DNA of 64,000 bases from Hydrurus foetidus. Taxonomy: Eukaryota. The position numbers were made by a program, and so were the translations under genes. Below, piece by piece: positions 11,379 to 22,098 of the stretch (position 1 is the stretch's first letter; each line of letters opens with the position of its first letter). The notes beneath the pieces were generated by a model. It saw only the letters and a list, made by a program, of their open reading frames with translations. It was not told where the DNA came from and ran no database searches. The stretch is from contig UYFQ01000001.1 of assembly GCA_900617105.1 (NCBI GenBank), positions 4,836,001 to 4,900,000 of the forward strand, read 5' to 3'.

Positions 11379-12529
11379 TGCAAGCTGCAGCGCACACCTT
11401 GAACGCCGATGCCTTGGGGGCACGGGTGCCTCTTACCTTAATTGAAGACGACGATCAGTTGGCTGTGATGGGTGGGCAACAACGCCGCAGCCTGCTAGAG
11501 CGCATGCCCAAATGGCTAATTTGCATTCCGCTGGTGGTGCAGTGGCTGTTGTTGGCGCTGCGCTACCGCAGCTTGACGCTGCCAAGCTGCGCGAACCCGA
11601 GCATTACCTCGGGTGGTTTGGTGGGCGAGGGCAAGCTTGAGTATTTTGCCAATATGGGGCCGTTTGCGTTGGCCAGTACCGCGCCGCACTGCGGTCTTTC
11701 AACCCAAATTAAATACACCGGGGCCGAGCTGCGCCAGATTATTAAAGCCGCTGGGCTGGGCTTTCCGTTGATTGCCAAACCCAATTTAGGCCTGTGCGGT
11801 TACGGCGTTCGGCTGCTGGCCAACCGCAGTGAGCTGCTGGAGTACCTGGCTGATTTCCCGGCCAACGAATGTGTGGTGCTGCAGCAGTGGTTACCGCAAG
11901 AGGGCGAGGCCGGCATTTTTTATGCGCGCGAGCCGGGCGCCAAAAGCGGCCAAATCATCGGGCTTACGCTGCGCTACTTTCCCCGCGTGGTGGGCGACGG
12001 CTGGCGCAACACTGAAGCGCTGATTGCACTCGACGCCCGGGCCAAGCGGGCGGGCGACTCCGCGCGGCACCGCAGCAAACTGAGCGTTAGCCCCACCTAT
12101 CTACCCAAGTTAGGCGAGGTTGTGCGGCTGGCCACCATTGGCTCTACCCGGGTCGGCGGGCTGTACCGCGACGGCGCTGCTTTTGTCACGCCGCAGCTGA
12201 CCAGCGCCATCGACGACATAGCCAAAGACATGAATGAATTTCATTTTGGGCGCTTCGACGTGCGTTTTGACAGCTTGGCCGACCTGCGGGCGGGCGTTGG
12301 GTTGACCATCATGGAAGTGAACGGCGCAGGCTCAGAAGCTATTCAAGCCTGGGATCCTGACACTGGCGTGTTGGCCGGGTTCGCCATGATTTTTGAAAAG
12401 CAACGCATTTTGTTTGCCATCGGTGACGCCATGCGGCGCAAAGGCTTCAAGCCCATTCGGCTGCGGGTGTTGGCGGCGCTTAACCGGCGGCAAAACCGGC
12501 TGATGGGGTTGTACCCGCCGTCGAACTGA
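11375..12529 (+). CDS. ATP-grasp-like ligase
   Basis: FPLIAKPNLGLCGYGVR, LQQWLP..GEAGIFY, GRFDVRF, MEVNGAGSE; start overlaps the methyltransferase stop. Confidence 0.7.
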   Translation: MMQAAAHTLNADALGARVPLTLIEDDDQLAVMGGQQRRSLLERMPKWLICIPLVVQWLLLALRYRSLTLPSCANPSITSGGLVGEGKLEYFANMGPFALASTAPHCGLSTQIKYTGAELRQIIKAAGLGFPLIAKPNLGLCGYGVRLLANRSELLEYLADFPANECVVLQQWLPQEGEAGIFYAREPGAKSGQIIGLTLRYFPRVVGDGWRNTEALIALDARAKRAGDSARHRSKLSVSPTYLPKLGEVVRLATIGSTRVGGLYRDGAAFVTPQLTSAIDDIAKDMNEFHFGRFDVRFDSLADLRAGVGLTIMEVNGAGSEAIQAWDPDTGVLAGFAMIFEKQRILFAIGDAMRRKGFKPIRLRVLAALNRRQNRLMGLYPPSN

Positions 12530-12574
12530 CGCGTTTTGTTAGGCGTTTTTGCTGCGCGGTTCTGCCCGCCAGCT

Positions 12575-12628
12575 GCTATGTTTACAGAAGCTGCTTGCGC
12601 CCGTATCTATTGGGGAAAAGGCAGATTT
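12575..12628 (+). repeat. 54-bp dispersed element, copy 4 (intergenic)
   Basis: GCTAT-GTTTACA-GAAGCTGCTTGCGCCC-GTATCTATT-GGGGAAA. Confidence 0.85.
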
Positions 12629-12691
12629 GATTGTATTTTTTCTTGCTGGGGCGTGATTTTTCAGCATTGCCAACAGTGCGATACTTCAGCG

Positions 12692-13666
12692 GTGAAAAAA
12701 CACATCTACATCTATTCGCCGTCTAGCGCAGTGCGCGACAAACCCAGCTTTAAACGCGGCATTAAACGCCTGCAATCGCTCGGCCATGAAGTTGAAATTG
12801 ACGAAGCGGCGCTGGCCAAATACCAACGCTTTGCGGGAGACGACGAGACGCGCTTGGCGGCTGTGCACCGTGCCGCCGCCAGCGGGGCCGACGTGGCGCT
12901 GATCACGCGCGGTGGCTACGGGCTCACGCGCATCTTGCCCGCCATCAACTACAAAGCCGTTGCCAAATCAATTGAAAAGGGCACCCAATTCGTCGGCCAA
13001 AGCGACTTCACGGCGCTGCAAATGGCGTTGTTTACCAAAACTGGCGCGCAAACCTGGGCAGGCCCGGCGCTCGGCGAAGACTTTGGCACCGCGCACGCGC
13101 CAGACGACATCATGCAAGCGTGCTTTGACGATTTAATCACTGGCCAAGGGGAGGGCACGGGCTGGCAGTTGCCTTTACAGCCCGCCAAAATAGCTATAAA
13201 TTCAGGAGCTGCTCGCGCCCATAAAATAAGCGATACAGGTCAATTTACCATTAAAAATGCGCCTTTCTGGGGCGGAAACCTGGCGGTACTCGCATCGTTG
13301 ATTGGCACGCCCTACTTGCCACCGCCAGCGGCAGTTAAAGGCGGCATTTTGTTTATTGAAGATGTGGGCGAGCACCCTTATCGGGTTGAACGAATCTTGA
13401 CGCACATGCTGCATGCCGGGCTGTTGGACAGCCAAAAAGCGATTATTTTTGGCCAGTTCAGCAACTACAAATTAGTGCCGGGTTACGACAGCGGATTTAA
13501 CTTGGCTGGTGTGGCAGCGCGTCTGCAAACGCAGGTAAAAGCCAAAGTGCTGATGGGTTTGCCGTTTGGCCACGTGGGCACGAAAGTGCTTCTGCCGGTG
13601 GGTGCAAAAGTAACGTTGGCGGTAGACGGCCGGGACGCGTTTTTGCTGTGGGGGCATCAACACTGA
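12692..13666 (+). CDS. ldcA: Muramoyltetrapeptide LD-carboxypeptidase (S66)
   Basis: RGGYG, GQSDFT, GGNL, FIEDVGEHPYRVER, PFGH; GTG start inferred. Confidence 0.9.
   Translation: MKKHIYIYSPSSAVRDKPSFKRGIKRLQSLGHEVEIDEAALAKYQRFAGDDETRLAAVHRAAASGADVALITRGGYGLTRILPAINYKAVAKSIEKGTQFVGQSDFTALQMALFTKTGAQTWAGPALGEDFGTAHAPDDIMQACFDDLITGQGEGTGWQLPLQPAKIAINSGAARAHKISDTGQFTIKNAPFWGGNLAVLASLIGTPYLPPPAAVKGGILFIEDVGEHPYRVERILTHMLHAGLLDSQKAIIFGQFSNYKLVPGYDSGFNLAGVAARLQTQVKAKVLMGLPFGHVGTKVLLPVGAKVTLAVDGRDAFLLWGHQH
13193..13246 (+). repeat. 54-bp dispersed element, copy 5 (inside ldcA)
   Basis: GCTAT-AAATTCA-GGAGCTGCTCGCGCCC...; translated as AINSGAARAHKISDTGQF. Confidence 0.85.
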
Positions 13667-13718
13667 CGACGGTGTTGAAAGTAAAACTACAGCCTAGAGC
13701 CGTAGCTAAAAACCAAAT

Positions 13719-14087
13719 TTAGCGCGAGCGCAGCGCTGACCGCTTGGTCACGCTTTTCGGCAGCAGGCCCACAAACTTGCAGCTGATGTCCAGCATTTTT
13801 TCGCGCGCAATGGTCTCGCCGTAGGTGTTCGACAAAATAGCCATCACATCGCTGCGGGCGTACCAAAGCCCTTGCACGTCGGGCGCAAATCGCACGCGGC
13901 GCACGATTGCGGGGAATTTGCGGTCACCGTAGTCGCCCAATTCAGCCAGCATTTGCTCGCGAATGGTCTCAATTCGCCACAAAGCGTCTTTAGGCGGTGT
14001 GTCTGCCAAGCCCAATAACGCCATGCAGCTTGATTTAAGCTTTGGCACAAAGGTGGGCATATTAAAAGTAGAAAGTAACGAACGCAT
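13719..14087 (-). CDS. Hypothetical protein
   Basis: ORF with protein-like composition (IREQML...LWYARSDVM); start uncertain. Confidence 0.6.
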   Translation of the reverse strand: MRSLLSTFNMPTFVPKLKSSCMALLGLADTPPKDALWRIETIREQMLAELGDYGDRKFPAIVRRVRFAPDVQGLWYARSDVMAILSNTYGETIAREKMLDISCKFVGLLPKSVTKRSALRSR

Positions 14088-14287
14088 AATATTAATTGTT
14101 GACGTTAATTGCAAAATGGCAGCTTCACAAAATGTAGCGTACGCCTGCTGCACGCTTATGACAAGTGTATAAACGTTATTTTGTTCACACTTAACAACAT
14201 ATGAATCAACCACTTAGTAACCGAACGTGAAGTAATGTCTAAAACTTTATTATCTGTTTAGTCACTTGTTCCACCTGCCCATCACCT

Positions 14288-15733
14288 ATGTCAACTCCCA
14301 CCAAAACCTACCCTTCTCACTACATTAACGGCCAATGGGTAACCGCCCAGTCGACGGATACGCTGCCGGTTTATGACTCCAGCACTGAAGAATTAATGGC
14401 CACGGTACCGGCTGGAACAGCCGACGAAGCTGCTGCGGCGGTATTGGCAGCCCGCGCTGCCTTTGACGGCTGGTCGGCGCTGCCGGTAGAAACCCGAGCC
14501 GCCTTTTTAGACAAGGTTGCCGCAGGCGTTAAAGCCCGCAGCGACGAAATGGCATTGGCCATTGCGCGCGAAGTCGGTATGCCGCTAAAAATGTCCAAAG
14601 CTATTCAGGTGGGCGGGCCGGCTTGGCACTGGGGAAACTTCGCCAAAGTGGCGCGCAGCTTTGAGTGGGAGAAAAAAGTTGGCAATTCAGTGGTGGCGCG
14701 CGAGCCGATTGGCGTGGTGGGTTGCATCACGCCGTGGAATTTTCCGCTCAGCCAAATCACGTTGAAGATTGCTCCGGCCATGGTTGCGGGTTGCACCGTG
14801 GTGCTAAAGCCCAGCGAAATTGCACCGGTTAACGCCATGATTTTGGCCGAAATCATTCATGAAGCCGGTTTGCCGCCGGGGGTGTTTAATTTGGTTAACG
14901 GCGCAGGTCCGGTGGTGGGTGAAGTGCTGGCCACACATCCCGACATTGATATGGTCAGTTTCACGGGCTCAACCCGTGCGGGCAAACGTGTGAGCGAGCT
15001 GGCCAGCCAAAGCGTGAAACGTGTGGCGCTCGAGCTGGGTGGCAAGTCGGCCAGCGTGATTTTGGACGACGCGAATTTTGATGCCGCCGTGAAAGGCACA
15101 GTAGCTGCCTGCATGCTGAACAGTGGACAAACCTGCTCGGCCCACACCCGCATGCTGGTGCCCGCTGCGCGTTACGAAGAAGTCAAAGCGCTGGCGCAGG
15201 CGGCAGTGGCCAAGCTCACTATTGGCCCCAGCCTGGACGACGCTAGCCGCTTGGGCCCACTGGTCAGCAGCGCCCAGCGCGACCGCGTCATTAGCTTTAT
15301 TAAAACCGGCATTGCCGAGGGGGCCGACGTGATCGCCGGCGGCGCTGAAGCCCCGGCTTTTGCTACTGGCTACTTTGTGCAGCCAACCGTGTTGGGCATC
15401 AAGTCAACAGACACACTCGCTCAAGAAGAAATCTTTGGCCCCGTGCTGGTGGTGATTTGCTATGCCGATGAAGAAGACGCGATCGCAATAGCCAACAGCA
15501 CCATTTACGGTTTGGGCGGGGCGGTGTGGGGTGCAACGGACGAAAGCGCCATGAAAGTGGCGCGCCGCATGCGCACCGGCCAGGTCGATATTAACGGCGG
15601 GCCGTTTAACGCCCAAGCGCCGTTTGGTGGTTACAAGCAGTCGGGCAACGGGCGCGAAAACGGGCTTTATGGCTTTGAAGAATTTTTAGAATTCAAGTCG
15701 ATGCAGCTCAAACCCGCAGCTGCGCCGGCCTGA
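14288..15733 (+). CDS. Aldehyde dehydrogenase family protein
   Basis: [41 protein letters not shown]. Confidence 0.95.
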   Translation: MSTPTKTYPSHYINGQWVTAQSTDTLPVYDSSTEELMATVPAGTADEAAAAVLAARAAFDGWSALPVETRAAFLDKVAAGVKARSDEMALAIAREVGMPLKMSKAIQVGGPAWHWGNFAKVARSFEWEKKVGNSVVAREPIGVVGCITPWNFPLSQITLKIAPAMVAGCTVVLKPSEIAPVNAMILAEIIHEAGLPPGVFNLVNGAGPVVGEVLATHPDIDMVSFTGSTRAGKRVSELASQSVKRVALELGGKSASVILDDANFDAAVKGTVAACMLNSGQTCSAHTRMLVPAARYEEVKALAQAAVAKLTIGPSLDDASRLGPLVSSAQRDRVISFIKTGIAEGADVIAGGAEAPAFATGYFVQPTVLGIKSTDTLAQEEIFGPVLVVICYADEEDAIAIANSTIYGLGGAVWGATDESAMKVARRMRTGQVDINGGPFNAQAPFGGYKQSGNGRENGLYGFEEFLEFKSMQLKPAAAPA

Positions 15734-15756
15734 AGGACCAAGAACAAGAGCAGGCA

Positions 15757-17670
15757 CTACAGCACGCCGCAAGTGACCTGAAAAGTCAAACTCGAATTGG
15801 CCGGGAAGTTGTTCAGCAAGATTCCCGTGCCTTGCAGCAGCCCCAACGTCACGTTGGTGGATGTCGGGCAAACTGCCGACCCGCTGGCTGCCGTGCATGC
15901 CACTGCTGTGCAAACCAAACCTGCGGCTACCGGGTCTTTAAGAGATGCGTTGTTGGCGCTCGACGGTCCGCCGTTGGTTGCCACAATGTTGTACACCACA
16001 GTTTGGCCTGCCACTACGGCGCTGACATTGTTGGTTTTGGTGATGCTCAAATTTGCGCAGGGCAGCACCGCGTTACTGGCCGTGGCCACATTTGACTTAA
16101 ACAGGTAAGTTGCATTTCCCTCAACGCTGGTGCCTTCAGCTAGCACGCTGCCCGCAGGGCTAGTGGCAGTGCTCGCCACAGTACTGGTGTTGGTAACCGT
16201 GCCGCCGCAATAGGTTGCGGTGTCAATCACTGCAGTAATGGCGTAAGTCAGCGTTGAGCTTACTGGTAGAGCTGCGCTTTGCACAATAGCACCGCTACCG
16301 CTTGTAGCCGGGCAGGTGGTGCCCGCGGCAGTGCAAGTCCAAGCACTGAAGGTGATGCCTGCGGGCACTGGGTCGCTGATGGTCACGGTGTTGGCGTTGT
16401 GGGCCGTTAGCGGGGCTATCGTCAGCACCAAAGGCGTGACGTTGGCAAAGGTCACGGTGTAGGTCATCGTGCTTCCAAAAGCACTTGCAGTCGCCGTACT
16501 ACTGACTTTGGTAGTTTGCAAGTCAATGTTGTTGTCGACCAAGGTGTGCGTGTAAATCGGGTCGAACACGCCGCCGCAGGTGGTGACGTTGGCGTTAACA
16601 AAAGGGTTGGCGGCCGCGTTGGTGGGCATGGTCAGCACCACTGTTTTATTGTCTTCAATGATGGTGTTGTCGATGAGTCTGACGGGCAAGTTAAAAACGT
16701 TGTTGGCGCTGGCGTCGCTGTAGTTGCCTGGCGGCACTGTTACGCTCAAGGCGGTAGCTGAACCGGTCACGCTGGTCAGTGTGGTGGTGCCTGCGTAGTC
16801 GAACTTGTTGGCAAACACTGCCGAGCCTGACACGGTCAGGTTTAGCACCAAGCCGCCAGTCGGCACCACACCCACAATTTTGATGCGGGGCGGGGCGTGT
16901 GCGTTGCCTTCCACCGCGCTGCCTGCATTGCCGATAAATTCGACATAAGGTTTAAGTACGATGTTGATGTCGTCAAGCAGATTGCCGAGGCCCAAGCCAC
17001 CGCTGCCGGATGCAATCGCAGAAAAACCCAGCGGCTGAACGCCCGACGTGCCGGTGTGCACATAGGTCCCTGCATACCGTGTCCAGCCGCCCGCGATACC
17101 CACGGCGCTGCTGCCTGTCGCGCCCCCTCCCGCATTGATAACACCGGTGCCCGCGGTGTTGGTGGTGACGTCCAATACAACCGTGTTGGCCGAGCCAATT
17201 TGAAACTGTGCTCGGTCAGCGCCGGAGCGGCCCCGGTGCGCAAAATTGAAGGTGAAAGTCTCGCCCGTGTTCATGCAAATGTTTTGGAACAGCTTGGACA
17301 CGGTGTAGGCGCTCAGCTCAGCCAGCACTTTGCCGTTTGCTGGCACGACGCCGAGGAAATTGTTGGCCCACATCTCAATGGGCGTGCAGGTGTACTTGGC
17401 GGTGTAGTTAAAGCCGCCCACAGGGCAACCGTCAGTCACTATCGGGTGGGTGGTTTCCCAGCCCGGAATTTCACCGGCGTCCACTAAGATCCAATTGACC
17501 AATGTAAAAAACTGATTGAGACCAAGCGCCCGGGGGCCGGTAAAAGGCTGCTCAAAACTGGGGTTGACAATTGACCGCTGAATTTGCGCTTGCACCAAGC
17601 CGCCGCTTAACGGCCCTGCAACGGCGAGAATTGCAAAGGCTAGGACGCGCAAGGCGATGGAAAAACGCAT
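15757..17670 (-). CDS. Exported DUF11-repeat (Ig-like) surface protein
   Basis: Signal peptide; two DUF11-like modules (DLQTTKV...MTYTVTFAN; NLSITKTN...VVYNIVATNGGPS); Thr/Gly/Ala-rich. Confidence 0.7.
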   Translation of the reverse strand: MRFSIALRVLAFAILAVAGPLSGGLVQAQIQRSIVNPSFEQPFTGPRALGLNQFFTLVNWILVDAGEIPGWETTHPIVTDGCPVGGFNYTAKYTCTPIEMWANNFLGVVPANGKVLAELSAYTVSKLFQNICMNTGETFTFNFAHRGRSGADRAQFQIGSANTVVLDVTTNTAGTGVINAGGGATGSSAVGIAGGWTRYAGTYVHTGTSGVQPLGFSAIASGSGGLGLGNLLDDINIVLKPYVEFIGNAGSAVEGNAHAPPRIKIVGVVPTGGLVLNLTVSGSAVFANKFDYAGTTTLTSVTGSATALSVTVPPGNYSDASANNVFNLPVRLIDNTIIEDNKTVVLTMPTNAAANPFVNANVTTCGGVFDPIYTHTLVDNNIDLQTTKVSSTATASAFGSTMTYTVTFANVTPLVLTIAPLTAHNANTVTISDPVPAGITFSAWTCTAAGTTCPATSGSGAIVQSAALPVSSTLTYAITAVIDTATYCGGTVTNTSTVASTATSPAGSVLAEGTSVEGNATYLFKSNVATASNAVLPCANLSITKTNNVSAVVAGQTVVYNIVATNGGPSSANNASLKDPVAAGLVCTAVACTAASGSAVCPTSTNVTLGLLQGTGILLNNFPANSSLTFQVTCGVL

Positions 17671-17826
17671 AAAAAAATCTGTCGTCAGGCTACACATGGT
17701 CACAATTGTAAATTACCAAGTCATTTGTTTCTTCACAGAGGCAGCGGCAGCCACCACCGGTCACACCTTCATTGGGGGACGCTTATTGCCTGACTCATAA
17801 CTATTTGCACCTTTTCGGAGTCTGCC

Positions 17827-20091
17827 GTGCTTCACAGCACCACCTTGGCTAAATGTCGCTGGCTCCAGCGAGGGTTGTACGCCGTTGTCGCTTTGACCGT
17901 TGGGCTGGCCGCGGCTACGACCATTTACGTCTACCGAACGTTTCCGGCACTCAGCGGTGAACTGAAGGCAGCCGGCTTGAGCGCACCCGTAACGGTTGCC
18001 CGAGACGCAGCAGACGTGACCCACATCAAGGCGCAAACAAAGCGCGATGCCTGGTTTGCAATTGGCTATGTGCACGCACAAGAGCGCGGCTGGCAGCTTG
18101 AATTTAACCGCCGCGTGATGCACGGCGAGCTGTCTGAAGCTTTCGGTGCGGCTACGCTGGAAACCGACAAACTGCTGCGCGCGTTAGGCATCATGCAAGC
18201 AGCCGAGCGCCGGTGGAAAGGCCTGCCTGCCGAGGGGCGTGACGCCTTGCAGGCGTACAGCGATGGTATTAATTCGTTTTACGCCACCTCAGCGCAAGCG
18301 CTGCCGCCCGAGTTTCACATTCTGGGCATCAAGCCCGGTGGTGCAAGCGCAAAACAGTGGACGCCGCAAGACAGCATGGGCTGGTCGCTAATGATGGCGC
18401 TGGACTTGGGCGGCAATTGGGGCACTGAATTCGCCCGCTTGTCGGCGCTAAAAACCCTGAACACCACCCAGCTGTGGCAACTGTTCACGCCATACCCCGG
18501 CGAGGCGCCCGCATCTAAAGTTGACTTTGCCAAGCTGTATGCTGAGCTGGGCGTATACAAAGCCACTGTGCCAACCACTATCAAAACAGGAGCTGCTAGC
18601 GCCCGTATTAATTGGGCTACAGGCCTAAGTGATGCCGATTTCACGGCAAATTTGGCTCAAAACCTCACTCACAACATCACAGATTGGAGTAGCAGCCTGG
18701 GCACGGTGGACGGCAAGGGTTCCAACAACTGGGTGGTGGCAGGCAACCGCACTCTAAGTGCCAAACCGCTGCTGGCCAATGACCCGCACCTGGGGCTGTC
18801 AGCACCTGCTATTTGGTATTTTGCGCACGTTGAAGCGCCCGAAAGCAAGGCCGCAGACGGGCGCATTTTGCCGGCGGTGAATGCCATCGGCGCTACGCTG
18901 CCTGGTCTGCCATTTGTGGTGTTGGGCCGCACTGCGCAAGTTGCTTGGGGCGTTACTAACACCGGGCCAGATGTACAAGATTTGTACCTGGAGCAAATCA
19001 ACCCCGCCAACCCGCAGCAGTACCGCGTGCCCAGCGCGGACGCGGAGCTGGTGTGGGCCGACTTTAAAACCCGCACAGAAATTATCAAAGTCAAAGGCCA
19101 GCCAGACGCGACGGTAACCCTGCGCGAAAGCCGCCACGGCCCCGTGCTGAGCGACGCGCAAAAAAGCCACGCCGATTTAATCGACACCAACAAATACGTG
19201 CTGGCCCTGCGCTGGGCGGCGCTGGACGCCGACAACCAAACGGTGTTGTCTGGACTGCGCTCGAACCAGGCGCAATCGGTGGCTGAATTGCTGGCAGCGT
19301 ACGAAAGCTACCACTCGCCGATGCAGAGCTTGGTCATGGCCGACACCAGCGGGCGGACGGCATTTAAAGCGGTAGGCAAGCTGCCCTTGAGGCAGCCGGG
19401 CAACCACAGCATGGCCGCAGCCAGCAAAACCGCACTGCAAGGTTTTGACGGCGTGATGAAAGCCGAATCAGCTGCGCCACTGATTTTTGCCGCATGGGCC
19501 GACGAGCTTACACGCGGCGTTATCAGTGGCGATGTGAAAGGCAAGCTGGGCGACGACACCTTCAAGGCGCTGTATGGCAAGCGCAACTTTCGCGCAGCTA
19601 TCGAGGGCATCATGGTGAGGAATGATGCGGACTGGTGCGGTGCGGCTGGGTGTACGGGGCAATCTAGCGCCGCACTAGACAGAGCTTTAACGCGCCTGCA
19701 AAAAGATTACGGCGCAGACGTGAGTCAATGGACATGGGGCAGGGCACACAACGCCGTCTCAAGCCACAAACCGTTTGGCAACGTGCCGATATTGGCCAAG
19801 TTTTTCGACGTGCGCACCCCCACCGGCGGCGACACCTTCACCGTCAACGTAGGCCAATACTGAGCCAACGACGAAAAGCAACCTTTTGCCAACCGCCATG
19901 CTGCATCTATGCGAACCCTGTTCGACTTGGCCGACCTGGAAAAGTCGCTGTTTATTTACCAGACAGGGCAGAGCGGTTTGGTGTTTTCCAGCCGGTATCG
20001 GGATATGAGTGAGAGTTGGGCTAAGGTTGAATACCGGGCGCTGCAGATGTGGCCGGGGGTGATGGCGCATGAGCTGCGGCTTGTGCCTTGA
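17827..20091 (+). pseudogene. Penicillin acylase family (Ntn hydrolase), disrupted
   Basis: GSNNWVV and LLANDPHL present; in-frame TGA at 19861-19863 with homology continuing to 20091; apparent internal deletion near 19400. Confidence 0.8.
18577..18630 (+). repeat. 54-bp dispersed element, copy 6 (inside acylase spacer region)
   Basis: ACTAT-CAAAACA-GGAGCTGCTAGCGCCC-GTATTAATT-GGGCTAC; translated as TIKTGAASARINWATGL. Confidence 0.9.
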
Positions 20092-20275
20092 ATGCTACTT
20101 TTCAAAAGATCTAAAACTCGACTACCTTAAATAGCGAAACAAACAGTTATTTTCAGGAGATGATGATGCTTTGATTCGTTTTCAACGCCAGCGTCAAATC
20201 TGTCATCGCGTTTGTTGCATCAATTTGGATTCGTGGGGTAGTTTCGTGAAAAATTGGAATTAGTTCATTCACGCC

Positions 20276-21010
20276 GTGCAGGATCATCTTGCGAAGCTTG
20301 AGTTAGAGGGCTGTGACGTACCATTTTTTCGGGGTCATGCGGACAACAATTGGCAATTGCTCTGTGGGCTGGGACGACAAATGTCTTCTGCCAAAAAAAT
20401 GGAGAACATTGAACGCGTTCTTTATTACGACTTCTTGTCTCTTGGAGGCGGGCTTCTTGGTAAGCAGGCTGATTCTTGGGACGTTTTATTTTCCATGCAG
20501 CATCATGGATTGCCGACGCGTCTTCTTGACTGGTCTACGACATTTGCTGCTGCACTGTACTTTGCCTTGCGGCCTTACATGCTTCTTCCAGGTTTTCCAG
20601 AGGTGACATGTTTACAGACTTCGCCGTGTATATGGATTCTTAACCCGTTTGAACTTAACCAAATGGCGCAGCTAGATTCTGCGATCGGTAATCCCCAAAT
20701 AGATTTTGATGGAACGTATCAAGAAAACTTCATCGAAAAATCCAAGAACATAGGCGCTAGCGCAGTTGCAATTGGTCCAACGCAACACACTTCGCGCCAA
20801 ACAGCTCAGCGTAGCGTCTTCACCCTTCATGCAGATCTCTCACTTCCGCTTGACGCCATTGCCTGCAACGCAGCCAAAAAATTCGATATCCCCCTCGAAT
20901 GCGTTTCGCATGCAGGTAGCTTTCTAAGACTTGCTGGCCTGAACGAGTTTTCGGTGTTCCCTGACCTTGATGGCTTGGCTCGTCATTTAAAAAATCTGCA
21001 CGCATCTTGA
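20276..21010 (+). CDS. FRG-domain protein
   Basis: FFRGH, MQHHGLPTRLLDWS, RQTAQRSVFT, SVFPDLDG; lower GC than neighbours. Confidence 0.9.
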   Translation: MQDHLAKLELEGCDVPFFRGHADNNWQLLCGLGRQMSSAKKMENIERVLYYDFLSLGGGLLGKQADSWDVLFSMQHHGLPTRLLDWSTTFAAALYFALRPYMLLPGFPEVTCLQTSPCIWILNPFELNQMAQLDSAIGNPQIDFDGTYQENFIEKSKNIGASAVAIGPTQHTSRQTAQRSVFTLHADLSLPLDAIACNAAKKFDIPLECVSHAGSFLRLAGLNEFSVFPDLDGLARHLKNLHAS

Positions 21011-21065
21011 TTTGTGTTTCTGCACGGCGGAATAATTGGGGTTAGATTCCAATTGACTCTCCGTT

Positions 21066-21119
21066 GCTATTAATACGGGAGCTGCTAACTCAAGTATCGA
21101 TTGGGCTAGGGGCCGTTTA
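21066..21119 (+). repeat. 54-bp dispersed element, copy 7 (intergenic)
   Basis: GCTAT-TAATACG-GGAGCTGCTAACTCAA-GTATCGATT-GGGCTAG. Confidence 0.8.
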
Positions 21120-21165
21120 GACTCGAGAAATTGCTGTTTTTAAAATCCAATCAGCTTTTTGCAAG

Positions 21166-22098
21166 CTATCGCTTAACCTCAGGCTGTTGCCGCGCATACT
21201 CAGCCTTTTTCATGTTCAGGTAGTTGTCTTTTTCGATCTCACCCAGCTGCTCTGGGTATTTTTCAGTCGCATCAAACCAGTGGTTTAACCTGGCGGCTTG
21301 CTGCTCAGCAGGGGGCTTGTTGACGTTGGCCAAGTACGCGTCAATGGCCAAGTAGTAGCGCATGGTGTTGCGTTCAACCGCGCCGCGCATGCCGCCGATA
21401 TAGGCGGCTTCGCTGCCTTGGCCTATCTTGGTGAAACCCACTTTTTTGCTGCCCGTTGTGGCCAGGTAGCCGAGCATGGCGATTTTGCCGGCTACGCCGT
21501 AGCCGTACGAATAGCGAAGGTGCAAAAACGTCTTGGCTCCGGGCAGGGGTACAGCCTCTACTGCGATTCGGTAATTGCTGGTGCCCAGCGGGCCCTCCTT
21601 GGCATCTAGCAGCACAGCCAATAGGTCGGGCGTCGCGGTTTGAACCTGCATGGTGAACTCCAACGCGAAGGTGTCGCTCAGCTCTTGCGGCGTTTTTTTG
21701 CCGAAATTTACCTTTAAAAGAGCAGGGCCAGTGCCCCCCGCGGGGCGGCAATATTTAGTGTTGAGGTGAAGAATGATCAAGTCGCATACGCGGTTCGGGC
21801 TTTGAAAGACCGAGGTTGTCGTGGCAAACGGCGCGTCGATCACGGCATAGGCATAGCCGGTAACGCGTCCGTTTCCTTCGACTGATTCAATCACCAGCGG
21901 ACGGCCAAATGCATTGTTGGCAAGTGCGGCGCTTAGGGCGGTGTGTTTGCTCTGCAATTGCGCGCTGTCGGAAGCCTCATGCACCATCTGCGCCGAAGCA
22001 GGCAACGCAAGCGCCAAGACTGCGCACAACCCGACTGCCTGGCTAAACGCCCAAGATGCTGCAGCGCCTAACCCTGAGACCTGTTTGATTTTTTTCAT
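21166..22098 (-). CDS. Hypothetical exported protein
   Basis: Long ORF with signal-peptide-like segment; LHLNTKYC, GAVERNTMRYYLAIDAYL. Confidence 0.75.
   Translation of the reverse strand: MKKIKQVSGLGAAASWAFSQAVGLCAVLALALPASAQMVHEASDSAQLQSKHTALSAALANNAFGRPLVIESVEGNGRVTGYAYAVIDAPFATTTSVFQSPNRVCDLIILHLNTKYCRPAGGTGPALLKVNFGKKTPQELSDTFALEFTMQVQTATPDLLAVLLDAKEGPLGTSNYRIAVEAVPLPGAKTFLHLRYSYGYGVAGKIAMLGYLATTGSKKVGFTKIGQGSEAAYIGGMRGAVERNTMRYYLAIDAYLANVNKPPAEQQAARLNHWFDATEKYPEQLGEIEKDNYLNMKKAEYARQQPEVKR

Noticed and set aside
11700..11750. Possible extra copy of the 54-bp element in the ATP-grasp gene (and another near 32535-32575)
   Set aside because: Weak similarity, and the spacing is off register
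12536..12691. N-terminal extension of ldcA in the ORF track (similarly livF 46462-46557 and ppiC 55495-55764)
   Set aside because: The extensions run through intergenic repeats or a neighbouring gene; downstream starts fit the families better
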